Shown: piece by piece, positions 15,006 to 24,278 of the stretch
How the letters are laid out: every line of letters starts with the position of its first letter
Position numbering within the stretch: position 1 is the stretch's first letter
Source: Candidatus Iainarchaeum sp.
Lineage (GTDB): Archaea > Iainarchaeota > Iainarchaeia > Iainarchaeales > 0-14-0-20-30-16
Direction of reading: 5' to 3'
NCBI GenBank assembly: GCA_028710695.1
Contig: JAQTTP010000007.1
Location: 1 to 32,000, forward strand
DNA length: 32,000 nt
Position numbers and translations under genes: made by a program
The notes under the pieces: generated by a model
What the model was told of the DNA's origin: nothing
Databases searched by the model: none
What the model saw: only the letters and a program-made list of their open reading frames with translations

Positions 15006-16007
15006 TTAGAAAGGACGTCTGTTCCTTCTTAATTTTTTTATACCTTGTATATTAGAAATACCTTCAATATAGGCTTTTACTGTGTTAATCTCATTTGGGC
15101 TTAGCTTTGCTCTGAGGTCAGCATCTATTATTACTGACGGATAAGAATAATTCTTTGTATGTGATGCCAAGAAGTAAATTACCTCTATTGCTTCTTTACA
15201 AGGATCAATCATTTCTATCCTCAAAGGCAGGTCATAGTCATTTACTTTTACATATCCCACATATAAGTCTACCTTTTTGTGGGCATTTAAATCATCTAAG
15301 ATCTTGTTCTCCTCTCCAGCCCTAAAGAAATTTACTCCTTGCTTTTTATTAAGGGCAGCATTAAGGAAAATAGAATCATTAAATTTCTCTAATCCAAACT
15401 TCTTTGTAAAAAAATTAGATCTTGAATCTTCAACACAACCAATCAATCTTGTTTTCTTTTTTTCTGCAGCAACATATAATGTCAAATAGCTGCTAATTAA
15501 TTCTTGATACTCTTTATAAATTTCTGAATCTTTCTTCAAACGATCCATTGGGTGTGGAATTAGACTTCCATCCAAAAGAAAATAATCTAAGTCATTAGTT
15601 TCAATTATCTGTCTTGCCAACAGCAATTCCTGTTTTATTCTTGTTATTGAAACATATCTTTCAAATTCTTCTTTTTGCAAGCAGGCATCAGGAGTAAAAA
15701 ACACTGCCAAAGGGTTCTTAGGAAATCTTTTATTTTCTTCAAGTTTTCCGTTTTTATAATAAAATACAGACCCACTAATCTTAACAAAACAAAAATCAAA
15801 TCCTACAAAAGAATCAGAAAAAAATCCAGAGTCAACAGCACCTACAGAAAAGGTTTTTTTGTCATTTTTAATATCAATCAAAGCAGCAGAGTCTATAAAT
15901 TTAAGATCTTTTATTTGACTAGAATCAAAGATGCCTTTTGCTTTTTCAGTAATCAAAACAAAAGAATCTTTTACTCCTTTTATTTTTTCTCTTATCTGTT
16001 CATACAT
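15006..16007 (-). CDS. NurA-like 5'-3' nuclease domain protein
   Basis: 333 aa. The ordered motifs resemble NurA: VGAVDSG (first catalytic Asp), RIKQELLLA (R..E), YFLLDGSL (DGSL), IGCVEDSRS, YPSVIIDADLRAK (C-terminal AD..A). There is no adjacent HerA-like ATPase. Confidence 0.55.
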   Translation of the reverse strand: MYEQIREKIKGVKDSFVLITEKAKGIFDSSQIKDLKFIDSAALIDIKNDKKTFSVGAVDSGFFSDSFVGFDFCFVKISGSVFYYKNGKLEENKRFPKNPLAVFFTPDACLQKEEFERYVSITRIKQELLLARQIIETNDLDYFLLDGSLIPHPMDRLKKDSEIYKEYQELISSYLTLYVAAEKKKTRLIGCVEDSRSNFFTKKFGLEKFNDSIFLNAALNKKQGVNFFRAGEENKILDDLNAHKKVDLYVGYVKVNDYDLPLRIEMIDPCKEAIEVIYFLASHTKNYSYPSVIIDADLRAKLSPNEINTVKAYIEGISNIQGIKKLRRNRRPF

Positions 16008-16027
16008 ATTTTTCCCTTATGCCAGAC

Positions 16028-17680
16028 TCAGTCAGGAGTCAAATCTAATTCAAACACAGCCACCGGCGTTTCTAAGTTAAAGTTCTTTAATACTTCTGGA
16101 TTTATTTCTCCAATTATTCCTTCTTTTTTCTTACCATTTAACTTGTATTCTATTTTTGCGACCCTTCCTTCAATAAAAGAATTATGCTTGAACTCAGTAT
16201 ATTTTTTATCAGTAACTTCTAAATTATTTAGAACAAATTCTGCAAGTCTTTTTGCATAGGTGTAATCAACACCCTCATAACACAAAGTAGCAGTAAAGAA
16301 GATTTTTTCAAGTATCCCTTTGTCATTTTCTTCCAAGATTTTTCCAACTTCAAATACATTTTGCGGATAAGAAATGTGTTGATTCTTTACCAAGAATTCT
16401 AAATGTTCCGGAACTATAGAAGTCCTAAAGATCTCTATGCTCTCAGACATTGGGTTTGCAATTGTTACTGCCTTATTCTTTATTTTCATTTTCCCAAATT
16501 GCTTTTCTTTGCTAGTCAAAGTAAAAGTCATTATCTCTTGCAATCCTGCCCCAACACCAAGCAGCCTTAAGCTATCAGCCCAAACAGTCTTGTCAAGCAA
16601 CCCACCTGTACTTCTAACATCCACTTTCTCTAGCTTTATTGTATTATAGCCAATAGAAATCAGAATATCCTCAATTACATCAACAGGATGCATTATGTCA
16701 ACCCTATAGTTTGGGTACTCCACAACAACTTTATCCTTAACTATCTTAACATCGTATCCTTTTCTCTCAAGTAGACCAATAAGATCTTTTTCGCTTATTT
16801 CCATTCCAATATAATCAAATATTTTCTGCTTAGATATTTCCATTTTTTCTTTTGCGAAGTAAGGAGTTACTACTTTTTCTTTTCCGTAATCAACAGTAAT
16901 AGCTTCAACCTTTGCACCCCTGTCTGCAAACGCCATACAAACAATAAGCAAAGCAACATTTACCTTTTCTTGTGTTATTCCAGTTACTTCTATAAACAAA
17001 TCATTCTTTCCTACTTCTACTTTTCCAGAATCATTTGAGTTCACTATTGGGGGCATAGACATTATCTTCCCTTTTTCATCCTGCCAAACAGGATACTTAT
17101 CAAATCCAGCCAATAAATGCCCATATTCCTGTCCTTTCTTGTGATTTTTCAAGACCTCTTCCAAAGTCATTTCTTTTTCAAATCCAAGAGGAGCGAATTT
17201 AACTGTTTTTTTATCTCCTAAAAAGTATTTCAATTTCTTTCCACTGATTTTGTTTAAATCATACATTCCCATTGAAAGTTCGCTTCTTTTCTTACCGTAA
17301 GATCCTGCAATTTTTTCTTGCATATTAACCAAACTTATCAAAAAATCATCAGAAATATCAACATTTTTCACTACTGCGGCAGCAACATATTTTGCTATAT
17401 TCTTCATATCCCCTACATCAACAATATAATCAGATTTTTCAAAAGAGTATTCTTTTAAGCCTTTTATCTCGCCGTTATCTTTCTTTATCTCTCTTGCAAC
17501 TCCTTCAATACTCCACAAATCAGGTCTATTAGAGTCTTTTATATCAAGTTTAATAGTATCCCCGTCAACACCATCTACTTCACATTTAGTGCAAAGGAAG
17601 AACTTCTCAAGTTCGCTATCTTTTATTTTGTAATGTAATAAAGATTCCAAATCAGATCTAGAAACATCAATTTTCGGCAT
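16028..17680 (-). CDS. pheT: Phenylalanyl-tRNA synthetase beta subunit (archaeal type)
   Basis: About 550 aa. It starts MPKIDVSRSDLESLL, as archaeal PheT does. B3/B4 signature DSNRPDLWSIEGVAREI. The track start is a GTG at 17689; the ATG at 17680 is preferred. Confidence 0.9.
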   Translation of the reverse strand: MPKIDVSRSDLESLLHYKIKDSELEKFFLCTKCEVDGVDGDTIKLDIKDSNRPDLWSIEGVAREIKKDNGEIKGLKEYSFEKSDYIVDVGDMKNIAKYVAAAVVKNVDISDDFLISLVNMQEKIAGSYGKKRSELSMGMYDLNKISGKKLKYFLGDKKTVKFAPLGFEKEMTLEEVLKNHKKGQEYGHLLAGFDKYPVWQDEKGKIMSMPPIVNSNDSGKVEVGKNDLFIEVTGITQEKVNVALLIVCMAFADRGAKVEAITVDYGKEKVVTPYFAKEKMEISKQKIFDYIGMEISEKDLIGLLERKGYDVKIVKDKVVVEYPNYRVDIMHPVDVIEDILISIGYNTIKLEKVDVRSTGGLLDKTVWADSLRLLGVGAGLQEIMTFTLTSKEKQFGKMKIKNKAVTIANPMSESIEIFRTSIVPEHLEFLVKNQHISYPQNVFEVGKILEENDKGILEKIFFTATLCYEGVDYTYAKRLAEFVLNNLEVTDKKYTEFKHNSFIEGRVAKIEYKLNGKKKEGIIGEINPEVLKNFNLETPVAVFELDLTPD

Positions 17681-17730
17681 AAATACCACTCGTTTATTCG
17701 TAATAGTTATATAGTATAAGAAAGAATAAT

Positions 17731-17756
17731 AATAAAAAGAATTGGGCCCCGCCCAA
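17731..17756 (-). terminator. GC-rich hairpin plus T-run downstream of the 17793-18362 gene
   Basis: Minus strand: TTGGGC-GGG-GCCCAA followed by TTCTTTTTATTATT. It is the only G+C-rich patch in this spacer and separates the glycosylation genes from pheT. Confidence 0.5.
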
Positions 17757-17792
17757 CAGTGAAAGGGACAGCCTTAGTTAGGCACCAAGAGG

Positions 17793-18362
17793 TTATTCAA
17801 ACTCTATAGATTCTACAGAGTTCTTGAACTTATCCTTAAGTGCATCATAGATCTCAGAGTTACACTTTAGAGTAAATACATACCCAACGCCATTTTTTAC
17901 AAAAGCATAAGTATTGTATATTCTGTTAACACTATCTTCATCTACAGATACAACTGCATTATAGAACAAGTTCCCGTTTATGTTCACTTCTTGTTCTGAG
18001 ATTTGTTCTATATTGTATTGTACAATCTCCTTTGCAAGGGTTTTAGAATCAAAAGCATATCCATATCTCCAAATATACAAAAAATCTTCATTACTTGACG
18101 GGTTTATTTTATAGGCCCAGCTATTTGAAGAACTAACGTTATCTACTTCAAATTCAGTCCAAGTTTCAGGCATCTTTAGTTTGATATCTTCAATTTCAAA
18201 GTTTGCATACCCATAATATTTATCATCTTCTGATAGATCCCCTTTACTTAGGTCTGCATTTTTAAAATCTGGGTAAACATACCTATAGCCCAAGTATCCA
18301 ACAACAGCCAGGATTATTATGATTATAATTAAAGTAGCAATGAATGACCCTTTCTTATTCAT
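17793..18362 (-). CDS. Membrane-anchored (N-terminal TM helix) extracytoplasmic protein, function unknown
   Basis: 189 aa from the ATG at 18362 (the track starts at TTG 18374). MNKKGSFIATLIIIIIILAVVGYLGY is a signal-anchor. GGGTG SD lies upstream. It sits immediately downstream of the glycosylation genes. Confidence 0.55.
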   Translation of the reverse strand: MNKKGSFIATLIIIIIILAVVGYLGYRYVYPDFKNADLSKGDLSEDDKYYGYANFEIEDIKLKMPETWTEFEVDNVSSSNSWAYKINPSSNEDFLYIWRYGYAFDSKTLAKEIVQYNIEQISEQEVNINGNLFYNAVVSVDEDSVNRIYNTYAFVKNGVGYVFTLKCNSEIYDALKDKFKNSVESIEFE

Positions 18363-18384
18363 ATTAACACCCAAAAATCTTATT

Positions 18385-19446
18385 TTATAAAAAATATAAC
18401 AAAAATACTACTAGAGATATAACGAAATGTAATATAAAAAAGTTTCGTACAAGCCCTTTCTCTGTAAGCTTGCCTTTATACAGGTGTTCCATTAGATAAT
18501 ACAATGCGTGCCACCCAATAAAGGTCTTTCCATTTTTTTCATAATTTGTAGGAATTAAATACCCATTTTTGTCGCAGGCAGATATTGTTTTTCCTTTTCC
18601 ACGAACAATGAATATATGTATTGCATATAACCCAAAATTTATTAAGTAAATCAGAGTTAAAAGAATCCCAATTATTTCCATATTTCCAATAATCATTGCA
18701 GTTGCAATTGATGCACCGATTGCTAAAGAGCCCACATCACCAAAAATAACTTTTGCTGGGTAGGCATTATAATAATAAAATCCAATTAGAGCACCAAGCA
18801 TTGGAACCAAAATAATCATTGCAAGATAATTTCCAGTTATCAAAGATGCAAAAACCATAAACAATATTGTAATTATTCCTAATCCTGCCTCAAGCCCATT
18901 GTATCCCGCAAGCATGTTGGTTGCATTTGAATAAACAAGTATCAATATTGGAATTATTACAAAGGAATAAACCCAGCCCAAACTCAAAGATCCATAAAAT
19001 GGTATTGTAATTGTATGGTTTCCAGCTAAAATTGCCACTAAAGGTATGGATGCAACAAGCAACAACAGAATTTTTTGTAGCTCGTTGAGTTTAAATAAAT
19101 CATCAAAAGATCCAACAAATCCAACAAGAAGTACTGTAAACGCACCCGCCATTATAGAATACAAATCAAATCCACTTACAAAAGGAAATATCGAAAACAA
19201 ACCAACAAAAAATCCAAGCAAAAGAATATAGCCACCCATATTTGCAAATTTGGGTTTATCATACTTGTGACAATCAGTATTAGTAATTTCTTTTTTATGA
19301 GCCCATTTTATGTAGAAGCCCATTATCAAAAATACTATTAAAAATGAAATAAAAAATTCACAAATATATTTTCTTATTGGAAAAAACAGCCCAATACCAA
19401 ATAAGGTTGCCAATAAAAAATATATTATTTTATCCCACTTCACCAA
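18385..19446 (-). CDS. Glycosyltransferase family 4 (MraY/WecA/GPT-like) dolichyl-phosphate HexNAc-1-phosphate transferase
   Basis: 353 aa, polytopic. FVGSFDDLFKL (DD motif) and NATNMLAGYNGLEAG. There is no ATG near the 5' end. The start is TTG at 19446 or, more likely, GTG at 19443, which forms a GTGA overlap with the upstream stop. Confidence 0.8.
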   Translation of the reverse strand: MVKWDKIIYFLLATLFGIGLFFPIRKYICEFFISFLIVFLIMGFYIKWAHKKEITNTDCHKYDKPKFANMGGYILLLGFFVGLFSIFPFVSGFDLYSIMAGAFTVLLVGFVGSFDDLFKLNELQKILLLLVASIPLVAILAGNHTITIPFYGSLSLGWVYSFVIIPILILVYSNATNMLAGYNGLEAGLGIITILFMVFASLITGNYLAMIILVPMLGALIGFYYYNAYPAKVIFGDVGSLAIGASIATAMIIGNMEIIGILLTLIYLINFGLYAIHIFIVRGKGKTISACDKNGYLIPTNYEKNGKTFIGWHALYYLMEHLYKGKLTEKGLVRNFFILHFVISLVVFLLYFL

Positions 19447-21479
19447 GCATCACCATAATATGCCTTTACTTTAGTATTCCATTCGTTTATCTGTTCCGTA
19501 GTCATATCATACATTGCTGGTTCAACAGTTTTCAAAGCATCTTTATTAACCTTATAAACTCTGACCATATTTTTCGCATAAACCAAAGTCAAATATTTTG
19601 ATATCTCTGGGCTCATAAGCCACAACTTCACAGCCATACTACTATTTGACGGATGACTAAAAACATATAAAATATCTTTTGCGCCATTTGTATAATAAAA
19701 CAAGGGGGTTTTTCCGTTCACAACAGTATAAGGTTTATTTGTCCAAGCAGTTGGTATTGCAGACATATAATCTTCGGTCAATTTATTTGACCCACACATA
19801 TAATAATTGTCTTTTTGTATTTGGAAAGATGTTTTCGTACAACCCATATATACTGAAAAATATTTGGCTATACGCGGATCATTTTGATTTACAGTATCAT
19901 AGAGATACATCGCAAATAACGGAAGGCTTTGCAAGGTATCAAGATCCATTAATACATAGTCTGCATCATATGCTTTCAAAATTCCTGCAGCATGTTCAGT
20001 ATTTTCATCTAAGAAAAACATAGGCACATCTTTCAAAGCTTGAGTATCACTATTTGTATTATCCGTTGCCACTCTCCTATCTGCCAAGAAAGTTATCCAG
20101 TGCCCCTCACTCCACCAATTAAAGAGTTTTGCATTTTCAGGAGTGTTTTCTCCAAGCCAAGAAATTGTTTCTTTCCAGCCACTGCCACCATCTAATTGTG
20201 GTGTGTGGTTATGTACAAACATAGTTGCACCAGCAACACCAGTAATTGTTAAAAACAATAATGCCCCCACAAGACCAACTCGCAAAGCTATATGCTTATT
20301 GGTGCCAATAAAGAGCTGATAAAGTTCGTACATTGTTAATACAGTTAATGCTGCAAGTGGTAATCCAAACCAAAAAGTTGCTTTTAATTTATTCCATGCC
20401 AGGTACAAACAACCCGCAGACCAAACAAGAACCAACAAAGTAAACCAATCTTTTTTGTTAAAAATTATTCTATATAGCCCGAGGATAAACCCAGTAATAA
20501 TAAATATCAAGAATATGTTGTACTTTGAGCCGAAAGCAGGATATCCTTGACTTTCTTCTCCAACTTTCATTGACGTTACTGAACCCATCTGCTGGGTATC
20601 AACACTAGTTTCATTAAGTCCAAATATTCCAGACACATAATTTATATCTACTTGTATCCAATTTGTGCTCCATGCTGTTGCAATAGCACCCATAAGAATA
20701 AAACAAGAAAAGAAAATTATGGAAAATCCTTTTAAGAACTCCAAGTCCTTGTAAACAATTAACTTCATTATTAGAATTGTCACAAAGTACCCAATTAGAA
20801 CAACCGGCACAAATGCAAAAACACTCCAAACCATTGCCATAATTCCTAAGAATAGACCGCCCAAAAGTCCATAAATAATTGGTTTCCATTTGACACTTTG
20901 GGTTTCCACAAATTTAGAAATTCCCAATACTAAAAATCCAAATCCAAGAACCATCCACAAGAAGCCCATACAATCTTCTTCGTAGTGCCCACTCATAGTT
21001 CTATATACAAATGCAGGCATTACTGCAGCAAAAAATGCAGCAATATATCCGGCGATTCTATTCTTATAACCTACTCTAAATAAGAAATACATTGCTAATG
21101 TAGTAAAAGCACCATAGAATGCAGGCAGGAGCCTAATAAACCAGACCCAGAGATCTTTACTGTACGCGGCTCCAAAGGTAAATATATTCCAAAATAAAAC
21201 TCCAAAATACCATAGTAAACTAACTGAATATGGTGCTTTATTAGCATAGTGATAGATTCCTAATAAATCAGTATGGTCTTCAAATGGATCTTGAATAAAT
21301 GCGGCATTAGCTCTTGCATGCCAATATGCATCTGGTTCAATAAAGCCATCAAATCTCATAATATGTAGCCTAAATCCTAACGCAATCAAAAATATCAATA
21401 ATAATATCAGAATATGCCATTTGTTTTCAACAATTTTTGCCCAAAAGTTCTTTAAAAATGCAACACCCATATTGACCAC
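19440..21479 (-). CDS. aglB: Oligosaccharyltransferase AglB (STT3 family)
   Basis: 679 aa, with many TM helices in the N-terminal two-thirds. EPDAYWHAR lies in the first loop (DxD-type motif). WWSEGHWITF is a WWDYG-motif variant. The start is either GTG at 21479, directly after the alaS stop, or ATG at 21470. Confidence 0.85.
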   Translation of the reverse strand: MVNMGVAFLKNFWAKIVENKWHILILLLIFLIALGFRLHIMRFDGFIEPDAYWHARANAAFIQDPFEDHTDLLGIYHYANKAPYSVSLLWYFGVLFWNIFTFGAAYSKDLWVWFIRLLPAFYGAFTTLAMYFLFRVGYKNRIAGYIAAFFAAVMPAFVYRTMSGHYEEDCMGFLWMVLGFGFLVLGISKFVETQSVKWKPIIYGLLGGLFLGIMAMVWSVFAFVPVVLIGYFVTILIMKLIVYKDLEFLKGFSIIFFSCFILMGAIATAWSTNWIQVDINYVSGIFGLNETSVDTQQMGSVTSMKVGEESQGYPAFGSKYNIFLIFIITGFILGLYRIIFNKKDWFTLLVLVWSAGCLYLAWNKLKATFWFGLPLAALTVLTMYELYQLFIGTNKHIALRVGLVGALLFLTITGVAGATMFVHNHTPQLDGGSGWKETISWLGENTPENAKLFNWWSEGHWITFLADRRVATDNTNSDTQALKDVPMFFLDENTEHAAGILKAYDADYVLMDLDTLQSLPLFAMYLYDTVNQNDPRIAKYFSVYMGCTKTSFQIQKDNYYMCGSNKLTEDYMSAIPTAWTNKPYTVVNGKTPLFYYTNGAKDILYVFSHPSNSSMAVKLWLMSPEISKYLTLVYAKNMVRVYKVNKDALKTVEPAMYDMTTEQINEWNTKVKAYYGDAW

Positions 21480-24176
21480 TTACATCAATTTGCTTATTTC
21501 TTGTTCAATTTCTTTAACATTAACACTTATTCCGCTTATTTGTGCAAAGTCCAGGGATCCGCCACCTTTTCCACCAAATTTGCTTGAGATCTCTTTTGCA
21601 ATGAATCCTGCACCTTTCTTTACAACATTTGAATTTACAATTATATTCATCTGTTCTATATCCTTAGAATAAATTATTAGTAAATCAAATTTATTAACAA
21701 ATCTTTTTTTTGCCATAATTCCAAGCTTCAAAAAAGACTCCACATTGTAGATTTTTACATCTTTTACTATTTTCTTTCCTTTTTCTAATTCCAACCCAGA
21801 AATTATTCTTTCTGATTCTTTTTCATCAACTTCCACAAGTGCTTTTTGCAAGGTTTTCAATTCCTGCACATTTTTGTCTATTGCCATCAAAACATCATTC
21901 TTTGGAACTTTCAGTAATTCACTTGCTTTATCAACAGTTTGCTGTAATTCCAATCCATAATTTACTGCAGGAATTCCTGCTTTAAAGTAGATTCTTTCAA
22001 CACCATCTCTTACTGATTCTCTTTTTACAATTTTAAAATATCCCATCTGTCCTGTCTTTTCTAAATGAGTTCCACCACAAGCCTCAACATCTAATCCTGG
22101 TATTTCTATTATTCTTAATTCTTTTCCTGGAACTGCCCCACCCTGATAGATTCTAAATCCGTATTTCTGTTCAGCAACTTGTCTTGGGAAAATTGTTTTC
22201 TTGACTGCCAAATCTTGCTGGATATATTCATTAACTTTTCTTTCAATTTCTTCCAATTCGTATTTAGTAATTGCTTTAAAATGAGTAATATCTAAGTGAG
22301 CAATATCTGCTTTTTTATTTGCTCCTGCTTGCCAAATGTGCTTTCCCAAAACTTGCTGGCAAACACCATTCAACAAGTGAGTTGAAGTGTGATGTTGTGA
22401 CAAAGCAAGCCTTCTTGAGAAGTCTATTTTACAAGTAACTGTTGAATTTTTCTTTATCTTCTTTGGTTCTGAAACTTTATGCAAAATTACATCACCGATA
22501 TTCTTTACTTCTAATACTTTTATTCCATCTATTTCTCCTAAATCACAATCTTGTCCGCCACCCTCTGGATAGAACGCAGATTTATTTAGGACAACATAAT
22601 CTTCAACTATTCCCTGCACTTTTGCTTCAAAAGAATCCATATAAAAAAATTCATAATACAATTTTTCAGTCTTATCAAAATCTTTTACTTTTGCTTGTAA
22701 AGGATCAATCTCTTTTTGAACAGCAGGAAGTTTTTTATCTAAATTTATTTCCTGAACTTCTAAAATCATATTTTCTTTTTCTGCAACTTCTTTAACTTGT
22801 TCTAAAACAACACCATAAGACTCATACAAAAATGAAAGATCTTGTTCTGTTATTTTATTCGTTTCTTTCTTTTTCTTTGTTAAATATGCACTTACTACAG
22901 ATCTTGACAGATCTTTTGATTTTCTATATTTTTCATATTCAGTATCTAAAACATTAAACACAATATTACTTTCCCCCAACTCCGGGTACAAAGGCTTCAA
23001 GTAATTTATGTGTTTTTCTAAAACTGTGTTTAAATCAGATGAAAAGTTATTTTTTTCATACAAAGAAAATGCTCTTCTCAAAACATATCTTAGATTGTAT
23101 CCACCACCAGTATTAGATGGAAGCATCCCATCCACAGAAGTGAATAAAATTGTTTTCAAGTGGTCCAAAATTGCATATGCTGACTGCAATGGGAACAACT
23201 GTTTTTTCATAACAGAGTATTCAATCCCAATTTGTTTTGCAATTTCATATTCATCAGTTCCATTTCTTTCAGAGAAATCAATTTTTCCTGCACCCATAAC
23301 ATATTCTTCTAAAAATACAGGTTCTTTTATAGATTCTTTACTCAAAAAGTGCTTTGCAACAGGTCCAAAAGTAATATCATAAGACATTGGCTTTGTGTCA
23401 GTAATCCACGCAAATCTTTCTTGACCTGCACCCATGTCAATTACTTTTGTATCTAACTCTTTCAAGCCTTTGTCAGTCAAATAGTATTGCATGAAAACAC
23501 AGTTTCCTAGTTCAATTCCATCTACAAAGTATTCCAGAGATGGCCCTACATTTCCGCCACCCATCCAAACATCTTCTCTAAATACTACTTTTTCTCTTGG
23601 TATTCCTAAAGCTTTTGTTAAAAATAAAAAGTCGTTTTCTATTGCTTGATCTTTCCAATAAAACAATCCTGTTTTTTTATTATTAAATGCGTGCTGCCCA
23701 ATCATTACAAAATTAGTATAATGCCTACCAGTAACTCCAACATTCGGGATATCATTAAACCTTAAACAAGGCTGATTTATTACTAGTGGGTTAGCCACAG
23801 GTTCTACTTCTCCAGACACAACATATGGCTGAAACCCAGTTATAGACGCCAAATTAAAGTAAATATCATTTCTCCATCTTGCAACTGTTGGAAATCTCTT
23901 TACAGAGGTGTGATTTTTCTTATTAAAAAATCTTTCAAAAGTCTTCCAAGCTTCAATATAATCTAGCTTTTGTGGAGTTATTTTTCTTCCAATGAATTTA
24001 TACCCTACACATTCGGAGTCTTCACAAAATTCTCTGTTTGGGTCCAAAGTCCAGAAATAGTTCTTACATTTTTTACACTGCTTTCTTGTAAACCCTTCTT
24101 TCTCTAAAAAAGCAAGTTTATAGTGGTCTTCCCACTTCTTAGCAAAGTCTTGTTTTAATTGTTTCTTGTCAAGCAT
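21480..24176 (-). CDS. alaS: Alanyl-tRNA synthetase (archaeal type)
   Basis: 898 aa. Archaeal N-terminus with CKKCKNYFWT. Editing-domain HxxxH...CGGTH (SQHHTSTHLL, EACGGTHLEKTG). C-terminal DHHA1-like GGGKGG. AAGGTG SD lies 8 nt upstream. Confidence 0.95.
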   Translation of the reverse strand: MLDKKQLKQDFAKKWEDHYKLAFLEKEGFTRKQCKKCKNYFWTLDPNREFCEDSECVGYKFIGRKITPQKLDYIEAWKTFERFFNKKNHTSVKRFPTVARWRNDIYFNLASITGFQPYVVSGEVEPVANPLVINQPCLRFNDIPNVGVTGRHYTNFVMIGQHAFNNKKTGLFYWKDQAIENDFLFLTKALGIPREKVVFREDVWMGGGNVGPSLEYFVDGIELGNCVFMQYYLTDKGLKELDTKVIDMGAGQERFAWITDTKPMSYDITFGPVAKHFLSKESIKEPVFLEEYVMGAGKIDFSERNGTDEYEIAKQIGIEYSVMKKQLFPLQSAYAILDHLKTILFTSVDGMLPSNTGGGYNLRYVLRRAFSLYEKNNFSSDLNTVLEKHINYLKPLYPELGESNIVFNVLDTEYEKYRKSKDLSRSVVSAYLTKKKKETNKITEQDLSFLYESYGVVLEQVKEVAEKENMILEVQEINLDKKLPAVQKEIDPLQAKVKDFDKTEKLYYEFFYMDSFEAKVQGIVEDYVVLNKSAFYPEGGGQDCDLGEIDGIKVLEVKNIGDVILHKVSEPKKIKKNSTVTCKIDFSRRLALSQHHTSTHLLNGVCQQVLGKHIWQAGANKKADIAHLDITHFKAITKYELEEIERKVNEYIQQDLAVKKTIFPRQVAEQKYGFRIYQGGAVPGKELRIIEIPGLDVEACGGTHLEKTGQMGYFKIVKRESVRDGVERIYFKAGIPAVNYGLELQQTVDKASELLKVPKNDVLMAIDKNVQELKTLQKALVEVDEKESERIISGLELEKGKKIVKDVKIYNVESFLKLGIMAKKRFVNKFDLLIIYSKDIEQMNIIVNSNVVKKGAGFIAKEISSKFGGKGGGSLDFAQISGISVNVKEIEQEISKLM

Positions 24177-24278
24177 AAAATGACACCTTTATAGCACCTT
24201 TTAGTTATTCATATAAAAAAGTAATATAAATATATAAAATAATCTAAAGTATGTTATTATATCTTATTGGGTGTGCCT

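Noticed and set aside
15675-16259. 194-aa plus-strand ORF
   Set aside because: It is entirely antisense to the NurA-like gene and the 3' end of pheT. Its Phe/Ser/Ile/Lys-rich composition is typical of the reverse frame of Lys/Glu-rich genes in A/T-rich genomes. It has no start context.
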